Assembly (NCBI GenBank): GCA_963751455.1
Contig: CAVVUN010000012.1
Span: 128,001 to 192,000, forward strand
From: Nitrospirota bacterium
Lineage (GTDB): Bacteria > Nitrospirota > UBA9217
Length of the DNA stretch: 64,000 nt
Reading direction: 5' to 3'
The notes beneath the pieces were generated by a model. It searched no databases, had not been told where the DNA came from, and saw only the letters and a program-made list of their open reading frames with translations. This document shows positions 42,836 to 51,928 of this stretch, in pieces. The first letter of the stretch is position 1, and each line of letters begins with the position of its first letter. Both the position numbers and the translations under genes were made by a program.

Positions 42836-43876
42836 TTATCTGCTTGCAGTCATGAAAATGATCACTTCTGAAGCATCGCGAACGGTGGTGATAGATTTCT
42901 CCGGTATGCCCGCCTGTAACAGGGTATTGTGACTTTCTTCCACGGTCCGCTGATGAAAGCCGTCCCAGTCCACGAACCAGTGATATTCCTGTGCCCGGTA
43001 GCGGCGGCAATCCTTAAAAGACGTGATGAGCTTCCCTCCAGGATTAAGCAGACCGTAGAGGGAGGACAGCAACGGGACGAGAACGTCGTCCTTCAGGTAA
43101 TCGAAGAAACCTACGCTGTAAATGATGTCCTGCTGCCCGAATTCCTTGAGATTCCGTTCGTGGTTTATCATCTTGAAGGCGTTATATTTACGATAAACCG
43201 TCTGCTCCGGCGGTATGCCCGCGTAGCCGATCCGGTCCCGGGAAAAGGCAAGGGCATCGGAATCGTAATCGACAAACGTGAACCGCGCTCCCGACGCCAC
43301 GATCTCAGGAGCCAGTTCGAAAACCTCGCGGCAGGACCCGCAGGCAAGATCAAGCACTTTTGGAGCGAGCCTTCTGCCGAATTCCTTCTTCAAAAGAGAC
43401 CGCAGCATATTTTTCCTGTCCCTGACCGCGCCGGGGAGCGTTGTCCCGAGAAAATAGCGGTCAAGATAATAACCCACGCCGTCAGACTTAGGTATGTTTC
43501 GGTAGACACCCTCCAGAGTTTCGAAGTCCCCGGCGTACCCCCGCGGCCATGTCCTGGCTCGGCTCATGAAATAACTTTTTGAGAAAAGCTCCCCGGTCCG
43601 CTCCCGAAACGAGATCTGCGCTTGTTTTATTGCAGCCTTGTTCAAGTTGACGCTGTGTTCAAACTCCTCACAAGCATCGCCCATCTCTATAATCGCCTTT
43701 GTTGTAGCGATAAGAAGCTCGTCCAGGCTCGCGTGGGCCTCTGCGCTCCTTCGGTCAACATACTTCAATTGTATTATGAACTCATCAATAGCCCTATTCA
43801 GGCGATCGCTGTTCAGTTCCTTTTGTTCCCCCGCCAGTGCCGTATGTAATCCTACTTTGTGACTATATTTTTCCAT
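42836..43876 (-). CDS. class I SAM-dependent methyltransferase, PhcB-like
   Basis: WPRGYAGDFETLE, VLDLACGSCRE, DIIYSVGFFDYL, LNPGG. Confidence 0.8.
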   Translation of the reverse strand: MEKYSHKVGLHTALAGEQKELNSDRLNRAIDEFIIQLKYVDRRSAEAHASLDELLIATTKAIIEMGDACEEFEHSVNLNKAAIKQAQISFRERTGELFSKSYFMSRARTWPRGYAGDFETLEGVYRNIPKSDGVGYYLDRYFLGTTLPGAVRDRKNMLRSLLKKEFGRRLAPKVLDLACGSCREVFELAPEIVASGARFTFVDYDSDALAFSRDRIGYAGIPPEQTVYRKYNAFKMINHERNLKEFGQQDIIYSVGFFDYLKDDVLVPLLSSLYGLLNPGGKLITSFKDCRRYRAQEYHWFVDWDGFHQRTVEESHNTLLQAGIPEKSITTVRDASEVIIFMTASR

Positions 43877-44009
43877 AGAACCTCCTGTAACGCGTTTCTT
43901 TGAGCCTTAGGGTACCAGGGTAAAACCGCGTAAAAGTCCGCTGGTCCATCGAAAATCAGCCCATCGGGCAAAAGGCTAGAACAGTTTAAACAATAGTTTT
44001 GCAAAAGTC

Positions 44010-44025
44010 GGTGATTGAGATCACA
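44010..44025. promoter_or_regulatory. near-consensus CRP/FNR-family box between divergent genes
   Basis: GGTGA-TTGAGA-TCACA. Confidence 0.4.
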
Positions 44026-44148
44026 TTCTTCCATCTAAGTACTGAAATATTTTTGTCGTACAACAATTCAAAAATACAGGAGAGCTTGCTTTTTCAGTTC
44101 TCCGTTCTCCAATTTCTATAGGTGTAAGATTATAAAGAGAGGTACACA

Positions 44149-46225
44149 ATGAATAAGACGCGCGTTCTTATTATCGAAGACGACCTCCTCGCGGCTGATA
44201 CTTTAAAAGAACTGCTGTGCGGAACAAAGCCGCTCCGCTTTTTCCTGCACAGCAGTCGAGAGTCTGTCTCATGGGCTTGGCTATCTGAAAAAAGGACAAT
44301 TCGATATCGTTCTGCTGGACCTCGGTCTCCCGGACAGCACGGGAATTGAGACTGCATCCAGAGTCAGAATGCAGTTCCCGAAAATACCGATCATCGCGCT
44401 TACGGGCCTTGCCGACGAAGACACGGCCGTGAAAGCGCTGCGCATGGACATCCAGGAGTATTTAATTAAAGGGCAAACGAACAGCGCTCTTCTCACCCGC
44501 TCCATACGCTATGCGATTGAACGGAAGCAGGCGATCGAGGAATTACGCGAGAGCGAGGAGCGGCTGCGCGAAGCTTTTGCTCACGCGCCCGTGGGAATGG
44601 TCCTGACCGATCCGGATGGACGGTACCTGTATACGAACCGCGCGTATCAGGAGATTGTGGGATACAGCGAGCAGGAGCTGCGCCAGCCTGATTTCGATTT
44701 CAGGCGGCTTACCCATCCGGAAGATGTTGAAGATAATATCCGGGCAATGAAGCGGCTGCTTTCGGGGGAAATACCGGCTTTCTTTATTGAGAAACGGTGT
44801 GTCCGCAAGGACGGCGGTATCGTATGGGTACGGTTAAGCACGTCAATACGCCGCGACGCCGAGGGCCGCCCGTTTCAGCTTGTTGGCCTTATTGAAAATA
44901 TCGATGAACGCAAACGCCTGGAGAGCAGAATACAACATATGGCGCATCATGACTCCCTGACGTGCCTGCCTAACCGGCGTCTTTTCCAGGAGGTCGCCGG
45001 CATCGAGCTGGCGCAGGCGCGAAGAAACAGAAAGAAGCTTGCGACGTTCTTTCTCGATCTCGACCGCTTTAAGGAAATCAACGACACGCTGGGGCATAAA
45101 ATCGGTGACGAACTGCTCATGGAAACCGCCGCCCGGTTGAAGGCCGTCATCCGAACGTCCGATACGGTCGCCCGGATCGGCGGCGATGAGTTTAATCTGC
45201 TGATCCCCGATATACGTCACCCCGAATACTCTTCGGAAGTGGCGCAGAAAATTCTGAACGAAATACGAAAACCTTTCAGGATCAGGGGCCATGAACTGAA
45301 CATCACCGCGAGTATCGGCATCAGCATCTATCCCGACGACAGCGAGGAGATCGACACGCTCCTGCGCTACGCGGACATTGCCATGTACTATGCCAAGGAA
45401 CACGGCAGGAACAGATATCAGTTCTACAACCCGGTCATAAATACCCGTTCGCTCGAACGCTCTAATTTCGAGGCCAGCCTTCGCCGCGCCATCGAGCAGG
45501 CGGAGTTTCGCCTCTATTTCCAGCCCCTCGTCGACATCGTGACCCGCAAAATCGTTTCCGTCGAAGTGCTCCTGCGATGGCAGCACCCCGAACGAGGACT
45601 GCTTTTACCGGGACAGTTTTTTCGAGAAGCAGATGACAGCGGTCTGATGGGCGAGATCGATGAATGGGTGCTGAAAGCCGTGAGCGTCCAGATAAAGACC
45701 TGGCTGAACGAGGGGCTTTCGCCTGCTTGCATTACCATGAACGTCTCTGCGACGCAGTTTAAAAGCCCTGATTTTGTAAGACGAATCTCCGGTATTATGG
45801 TAGAAACCGGGCTGCCTCCCCAATGCCTGGCCATCGAGATTGCCGAAGCAACGGCGATGGAAAACATAGAAAACACAACCGAACTCGTCCAGGAGCTGAC
45901 GAAAATAGGCGTGAATGTATCGATCGATAATTTCGGCACCGGATACTCTTCCCTGAACCATCTGAGGCGCTTGCCTGTCCGGAAATTGAAGATTGACAGG
46001 TCCTTTGTCCGGGACATTACCACGAACTCCGATGACCAGGCAGTCGTAACAGCAGTGCTGTTGATGGCGCATACGATGAAGTTGAAGGTCGTGGCCGAAG
46101 GCGTGGAGGGCATTGATCAGCTCAAGTTCCTGCAAACGCTCCAGTGCGATGAGGCGCAGGGATTCTTGTTCGGCCGGCCGTTGCCGGCTGAAAGAATCGG
46201 GGAATTGGTGGGTTCGGCAAAATAA
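44149..46225 (+). CDS. REC-PAS-GGDEF-EAL protein, frameshifted near 44220-44260
   Basis: RVLIIEDD, then IVLLDLGLPDS in the frame of the 44369 ORF; RIGGDEF; EVLLRW and DNFGTGYSS variants. Confidence 0.85.
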
Positions 46226-46397
46226 AGTAAGGCGGAAAGGGCCTGGCGGAACATGGGTCAAAGAGTACCGGACTGATAGTGGAAGAGAACGTTGAGCGTA
46301 ACGTACTTTGATACGATTATTCTTCTCATATCACAGCAACCATGACCAATAATATTGAAACACACGTTCAGCGTTGCGGCATACCTCGCAAAATCGG

Positions 46398-47426
46398 TTA
46401 ATACGCGGGCTTCTTCAGGGACCTGAAACTTACAAGGTTCTGCTGTTTCTCATCCCACAGATTCAGAGAAAACGACTTGAGGCTTTTGCGGATGGTCAGG
46501 GGCTTCACGGTTTGCAAAATGTGCGATGCATCGTAGCACTCCTGCAGCTTATAGTTGGGAATTCGGGGCAGAACATGGTGAACATGGTGGAGCCCGATAT
46601 TGCCGCTGAACCACTGAAGCACTTTTGGGAGCTTGTAGTAGGAGCTCCCTTTCAAAGCAGCCTTCACCGGGTCCCAGTTCTCGTGGCGGGACCAATACAC
46701 TCCATCGAACTGATGTTGAACGTAGAAGAGCCACACACCCATGGCCCCTCCAACCAGGAGTACCGGCAGCTGAATCAGCAGATAGGTTCTGAATCCGATC
46801 AACAGGCCGGCTGCTGAAACGATCGCTAAAAGAGCCAAACTGGTAACTATCGCACTGCGGCGCTCTTTCTTCCCGTCCCACAGGTGGAACAATCTCTGCG
46901 CAATTAAAAAAGAGTACCCCGGGCCGATTCCGAGAAAAACCAAAGGATTGCGATAGAGCCTGTAGGCCCATTGCATCTTACGCGAAGAAGCCTGATACTC
47001 CTCAATCGTCAATGTCCAGACATCACCCACACCCCTGCGATCCAGGTCCGCATAAGAGCCATGGTGGACGAGATGATTGTGCTGCCAGTAGGTAAACGGC
47101 GTAAAAGTCAATATGCCTGTCACATACCCCACGACCGTATTGGCCCGCTGCGAGGTGAAAAAGGAATTATGGGTGCAATCGTGGAAAATGATAAATATAC
47201 GCACCAGAAAAAGGGACGCGAGGAAAATGAGCGGAAAGATCACCGCAAAAGGATATTTTCGATCCAAGAGGTAAACGAGGATCATCCACAACGCGATGTA
47301 AGGGATTAAGGTGTTGATCAGCTGCAGGATCGACTGTCGCAGGTCGGCTTTGGCGTACTGCGACACTGTTTTCCGCAAAGAGTGGATTGTCATTGTATCG
47401 GCGATTCCGCCTGCATCCTCAAGCAT
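46398..47426 (-). CDS. membrane fatty-acid desaturase
   Basis: His boxes HDCTH, HNHLVHH, HHVHH; start ATG at 47426 with RBS GGAGG. Confidence 0.92.
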   Translation of the reverse strand: MLEDAGGIADTMTIHSLRKTVSQYAKADLRQSILQLINTLIPYIALWMILVYLLDRKYPFAVIFPLIFLASLFLVRIFIIFHDCTHNSFFTSQRANTVVGYVTGILTFTPFTYWQHNHLVHHGSYADLDRRGVGDVWTLTIEEYQASSRKMQWAYRLYRNPLVFLGIGPGYSFLIAQRLFHLWDGKKERRSAIVTSLALLAIVSAAGLLIGFRTYLLIQLPVLLVGGAMGVWLFYVQHQFDGVYWSRHENWDPVKAALKGSSYYKLPKVLQWFSGNIGLHHVHHVLPRIPNYKLQECYDASHILQTVKPLTIRKSLKSFSLNLWDEKQQNLVSFRSLKKPAY

Positions 47427-47508
47427 ATCGCACCTCCCCAGGGAAGAAGCACGACGACCAGGCTTTCCCGCACGTCTATAATACAAGTATAATATAAACA
47501 AAGTTAGT

Positions 47509-47630
47509 GGAGCCCCCTCCGGCAGGAGCCGGAGGCTCCCTTGAACAACGCGACCTCCCGGGACTGCGCACTCGCGCTTACCGACTCGCAAGTGCGAGTA
47601 AGCGCTTTCCACCCCCGGCGGAGCCGGGGG
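47509..47630. repeat. palindrome-bounded mini-element (IS200/IS605-end-like hairpins)
   Basis: CCTCCGGCAGGAGCCGGAGG and CCCCCGGCGGAGCCGGGGG hairpins flank GCGCTTAC...GTAAGCGC. Confidence 0.5.
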
Positions 47631-47726
47631 ATGCCAAGTCGCGGGATTGCTGTAATTTCCTGTAAACTTAACAACCCGGTCTTGCAACTCTTTAACTTTT
47701 CCGGATGCCGGCGGAGGGCAGATTAA

Positions 47727-49244
47727 CCTTAACGTTGCATAAAAAATCGCTATGCGGCCCGTTGCAATCGGTCGAGATAATGCAACAACCCCTTTTTGAC
47801 TCGTGGATTGGCGTTCATTGTCAGAGTTAGCTTGCCGCCGGGCTGTGTCAGGCGGCCGGCACGCTGTATAAGTGTTCTTCGCAGGGTATTGGGCTCCGTG
47901 AACTCCCAAAGAGCGGCCCGTTTTTCGGTGGTGCCCCGGTCGGGTTCATGCGCGACCATGTGAAGTTCCTTCAGGAGATTGTGCGAGATGATCGCCGACA
48001 TCATGTATAGCTGATTTCCGTGCAATCTTCTCACAGCCACGTAATCCATATTGCACTGGGACTTTAGCTCTCCAAGGATGTTTTCCTGAGAACCGCGGCC
48101 CTGATGGAAGTTCAGGACTTTCTTCACCGTCGTTGTTTTGTTTGTAACGATCACCTTGAAGTCAAACCCGTATTCGTGCGGCGTGAACATATCAAGCTGC
48201 ACCGGCTCTTTTGACTGCTTTTTGGCTTTTTGACGAATAAAAAGAAAGCGGAACCGGCTGTCCCAGCTTTTCGGCTTCCAGGGTGTGTCGAAATAGGAAA
48301 CAACGGAATCGTAACGCCTCCAGCGTTTTTTGGCTTCGATCATGTGTTTGAGTTCGGAGAACCGCTCAAAGGGGACCGAGATGGTGAACTCAATTCCGTC
48401 GCGCTCCAGCGCGCCGACGATTTCATCGCTGAAGAAAGCGCTGTCCATGCGCACTTCGATGACGATATCCGAACAGGTTGCACGCACCTGTTCGATGCAC
48501 GCAAGGATGAACGCCCGGGCGCCGTTGGAATCATGTACGTTACCCGAACGGGGCAGGACGTCAAGGACCATGCCCAACTGAGCGATCATGCAGAAAAGCG
48601 GATAATAGCTTCTCTGCCCTTTTTTCTTTTTGTTGAAGCCTACGGCGGCACCCTCAGCCCATCGGGAGGTCGAGAGCACAGAGCCGTCGAAATCAAGCGT
48701 CACGCGACGAAGCTTCAAACCCTGTATGCGGGAGAGCGACATTTCCCGGCAGAACCGACGAAGATTCAAAATGTCCTTTGCGTCGACCGTCATCAATGCC
48801 CGGCTGATCGTGGAAACGTCCGGCATTTTTCGGAGGCCCAGAAGACGAAGCGCCATAAGGTCGTCCTGATAGTATTCGATGTCGCGGAGTTTCCGATAAC
48901 CCAGCATCAGATGCACGATCAGCACGAGCGTAATGACGTGATTGCCGAAGATGGCGCTCGACGGTAGATGATCAAAGCAGCTTTTCAAGCGGGCTTTCAG
49001 ATTCAGCTTCGTGAAGAATGCCTGAATGATAGCAAGGCCCGCGTAGGAAGTGAGCTGTTGATCCTCGAACTTCAGTTCCGGTATTTTGTGAACGCGGCTT
49101 AGAACCTGTGCTTTACTGGACTTCACTTTCAGTGGCCTCCTGCTTGAGTGAAATAATGATATCGCAGGAGCACTATATCCAATAATGAAGCCTGTTTCCA
49201 GAGGTTTCTGCATATTTTCAAGAAATGTTTATGCAACTACAAGG
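47727..49244 (-). mobile_element. IS1380-family insertion sequence, 1518 bp, TTAA target duplication
   Basis: Ends CCTTAACGTTGCATAAA and TTTATGCAACTACAAGG; TTAA at 47723-26 and 49245-48. Confidence 0.9.
47750..49213 (-). CDS. tnp: IS1380-family DDE transposase (start may be a downstream GTG)
   Basis: LTSYAGL, TLDFDGS, SYYPL, RMDSAFF, RGSQENILGELK. Confidence 0.9.
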   Translation of the reverse strand: MQKPLETGFIIGYSAPAISLFHSSRRPLKVKSSKAQVLSRVHKIPELKFEDQQLTSYAGLAIIQAFFTKLNLKARLKSCFDHLPSSAIFGNHVITLVLIVHLMLGYRKLRDIEYYQDDLMALRLLGLRKMPDVSTISRALMTVDAKDILNLRRFCREMSLSRIQGLKLRRVTLDFDGSVLSTSRWAEGAAVGFNKKKKGQRSYYPLFCMIAQLGMVLDVLPRSGNVHDSNGARAFILACIEQVRATCSDIVIEVRMDSAFFSDEIVGALERDGIEFTISVPFERFSELKHMIEAKKRWRRYDSVVSYFDTPWKPKSWDSRFRFLFIRQKAKKQSKEPVQLDMFTPHEYGFDFKVIVTNKTTTVKKVLNFHQGRGSQENILGELKSQCNMDYVAVRRLHGNQLYMMSAIISHNLLKELHMVAHEPDRGTTEKRAALWEFTEPNTLRRTLIQRAGRLTQPGGKLTLTMNANPRVKKGLLHYLDRLQRAA

Positions 49245-49355
49245 TTAAGAGTCAGTTCGGGCATTGGAGAAGGGTGTTGACACTGCACGGCTAAACAGGT
49301 AAACTATCCTCCATTCATTCAGCTTTTATTTCAGACGGTTTACAGGAGGACAGCC

Positions 49356-49559
49356 ATGGAAAAACCGAGCAAATCCGCAGAATCGCTGAAGGAGATCATC
49401 AACCAGGCGATCAGCGACCTCGAGATCACGCCTGCCGAATACGACAAGATCATGCACGCTGCGCACGCTGACGGGCATATCGACAGGGAAGAAAAGGCTT
49501 TGCTCGCCCAGTTCCATGATATGATCAACAACGGCACTATCAAGAGGGTGCGCGGATAA
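49356..49559 (+). CDS. small hypothetical protein with an EF-hand/TerB-like motif
   Basis: ADGHIDREE; RBS AGGAGG. Confidence 0.7.
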   Translation: MEKPSKSAESLKEIINQAISDLEITPAEYDKIMHAAHADGHIDREEKALLAQFHDMINNGTIKRVRG

Positions 49560-50065
49560 GGAAGCGTGCTCTCCGGCTTCAATTCGCCCTTCTGCCGCGC
49601 CTCGCTTGCTTATCAGATGAAAAGTTTTTAACAATCTATAGAAACCACAGGTACGTAGATTAAGATAGTTGTGATCTTATCCGTATTCATCCGTGGTTTC
49701 CTGCCTTGACCTCATCGCTCTTCTGCATAGGATAATACCGTCTTAAGCATTACCCTTGTATTCATACTTCTTCCTTCACGACGACTGCGGACTACACCGG
49801 TTCGCAGTTAAAAAACCGCCTCTCGACTTTCCTGCGATTTCTTTCTAAACTTTAAACAGATCTGGGAAGTGCACTGCCTTCCGTTGAGCAAATTATTAAA
49901 AGAATGCAGGATAACTCTTTTCCCTTTTATTTTCTGCAATACAAATCACGAAGAGTTGACCGGTTTCTTTCTTTAAAAACCGTTGTTGACTTTGCACTTC
50001 GCAAGTCTTAATATGCCCACCCATTCTTCAATAAGTTCATTATTTTTTAAGGAGCTCTTTTAAAC

Positions 50066-50452
50066 ATGCTGAAAAAAGTTCTCATAGTTGATGATTCTGA
50101 ACCACTCCATCAGATTTACAAAATTACTCTGAAGCGTTACAAATGCGAGACCATCAGCGCATTAAGAAGAGAGAGCGGACTGGAGAAACTCACCGAGCAT
50201 CCCGGTGTGAACCTGATATTTGTCGATATGAACATGTCCCTGTCACGCACGAGCGGTCTTGAATTTATCAAGAGCGTCAAAGCACAGGAAGCCTACAGCA
50301 ATATTCCCATTGTTGTCATAAGCACCAGAGGCAGAGAAAATGACGCAGCGGAAGCTCTTCCCTTTGCGAACGCAAATCTGGTAAAGCCGTTCACTTCGAA
50401 TGAAGTACACAGGCTGATCGAAAAGCTGTTCCCCCGGGCTGCTTCTGCCTGA
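50066..50452 (+). CDS. single-domain response regulator (CheY-like)
   Basis: VLIVDDS, IFVDMNM, VIST, VKPF. Confidence 0.9.
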   Translation: MLKKVLIVDDSEPLHQIYKITLKRYKCETISALRRESGLEKLTEHPGVNLIFVDMNMSLSRTSGLEFIKSVKAQEAYSNIPIVVISTRGRENDAAEALPFANANLVKPFTSNEVHRLIEKLFPRAASA

Positions 50453-50899
50453 ACCCAACCTATAGGAACCATAGGTAAGCACAGGTTAAGACAGTCGGTC
50501 TTATCCGTATTCATCTGTGTTCATCTGTGGTTTAAAATCGCTATGCTTCATGCACGGTTTGAAGCTGCTTGCGGCCAGCGTTTATGGCCCTTGATTCCCG
50601 TCTCGCGTTTGAGGCGAGATGGTATATAACGGGTCTATAGCTCACCCTTGATTCCCGTCGCACGACTTGCACCCAGCGCATACGAGTGCGTAGCGCGAAT
50701 GCAGGGCGTTCTCAGTTCGATGGTCGACAAAGGGTCTAAGCAGTGCTCAGCGCGAATGCAGGCTGTGTTGATCCGTGGTTACATAGACGTTATCCCGCCT
50801 AATGCACCTCGAACCGATTTCTTATGTACTAAATTACTTTTTCATCCATAGGGCTTTCATACCCATGTTCAATTGACTTCAAAATTCACGGCGCTATAT

Positions 50900-51063
50900 T
50901 AAACCACGGCCTGTTCATGAGCCCTGAAAACAAAGGCCGTTTCTATCACGACGGGAGATTCGCAACACTTCTCGCCGTCGTCAATCATTACAATCGGTCC
51001 TGAGCTTGGGGTTGAGCGATACGGAAAAAAGCGATCTGGTTGAATATCTGAAATCGCTCTAGA
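50900..51063 (+). pseudogene. C-terminal remnant of a cytochrome c peroxidase-like protein
   Basis: GRFYHDGRFATLLAVVNHYN, then LGLSDTEKSDLVEYLKSL* after a frameshift. Confidence 0.65.
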
Positions 51064-51126
51064 GGGGATGAGGCCGGCCCGCTTCGGGCCGGCTCGATAC
51101 AGTCAGGATAACCGGCTGGGTGCTGC

Positions 51127-51624
51127 TCACTGCTTCTTCTCCGTGCCGCACCCCGGGTCCTTGTTCCGTTCCGCCAGCCGCAGCTCATGCCTGGCCTTGG
51201 CCTCGCAGTACCTGCGCCGTTCCTCCTCGGTTTCAAGGACAAGCGGCGGTACGGGCGCGGGCTTTCCCTGTTTGTCGATGGCAACGTAGGTGAGGTACGC
51301 CGACGCGGCATGACGCACGTTGCCGGTCATCAGGTTCTCGGCTTCCACGCGGACGCCGATCTCCATCGACGTCCTCCCTACATAATTGAGAGTCGCCTTG
51401 AAAAAAAGAAGATCGCCGACAAAGATGGGATCGTGGAAGTCCATGCGGCCGATGGACGCCGTGACAACGTTGCAGCGGGAGTGGCGGGCTGCCACCACGC
51501 CCGCGGCCTCGTCAATGGTCTTTACGACAACGCCGCCGTGGACATTCCCCGCAGGGTTCGCGTCCTGGGGGATCATCATCTGGGCCATCGTGACGCTGCT
51601 GTCAGATACGCGTTTTCCTTCCAT
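51127..51624 (-). CDS. acyl-CoA thioesterase (hot-dog fold, YciA-like)
   Basis: DANPAGNVHGG, VGRTSMEIG. Confidence 0.92.
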   Translation of the reverse strand: MEGKRVSDSSVTMAQMMIPQDANPAGNVHGGVVVKTIDEAAGVVAARHSRCNVVTASIGRMDFHDPIFVGDLLFFKATLNYVGRTSMEIGVRVEAENLMTGNVRHAASAYLTYVAIDKQGKPAPVPPLVLETEEERRRYCEAKARHELRLAERNKDPGCGTEKKQ

Positions 51625-51928
51625 GTAAGCTCCTTCCGGCAGCTACGGCTGTCATATACAATTATATCCTAAGCCAAAGCTACCCGTAACTAAAACACAG
51701 ACGATTTCGTTACTCTGAACCAGCCCCTGCAAAGCTGGCATTTTCAGATCTGCCGGCACACAATCCCGCGATATGCTGATGACGAAATATAGTTGAGCTC
51801 GGCTGAGCGCTTTTCTCTTGTGCGTCTTCGGTATGCTGAAACCACGGCTTTGAGCATGCTACAATAAATAAAAGAAAAATGTTTCGATTTTTTGATGACA
51901 AGCACATCTACGTTAGTTGTGCTTCATC

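Noticed and set aside
46288-46375. Imperfect inverted repeat between convergent genes
   Set aside because: Only about 12 bp with a long spacer and no second copy; insufficient support.
47427-47909. N-terminal extension of the desaturase ORF
   Set aside because: It runs through the IS end and palindromic repeats; a good RBS and ATG lie at 47426.
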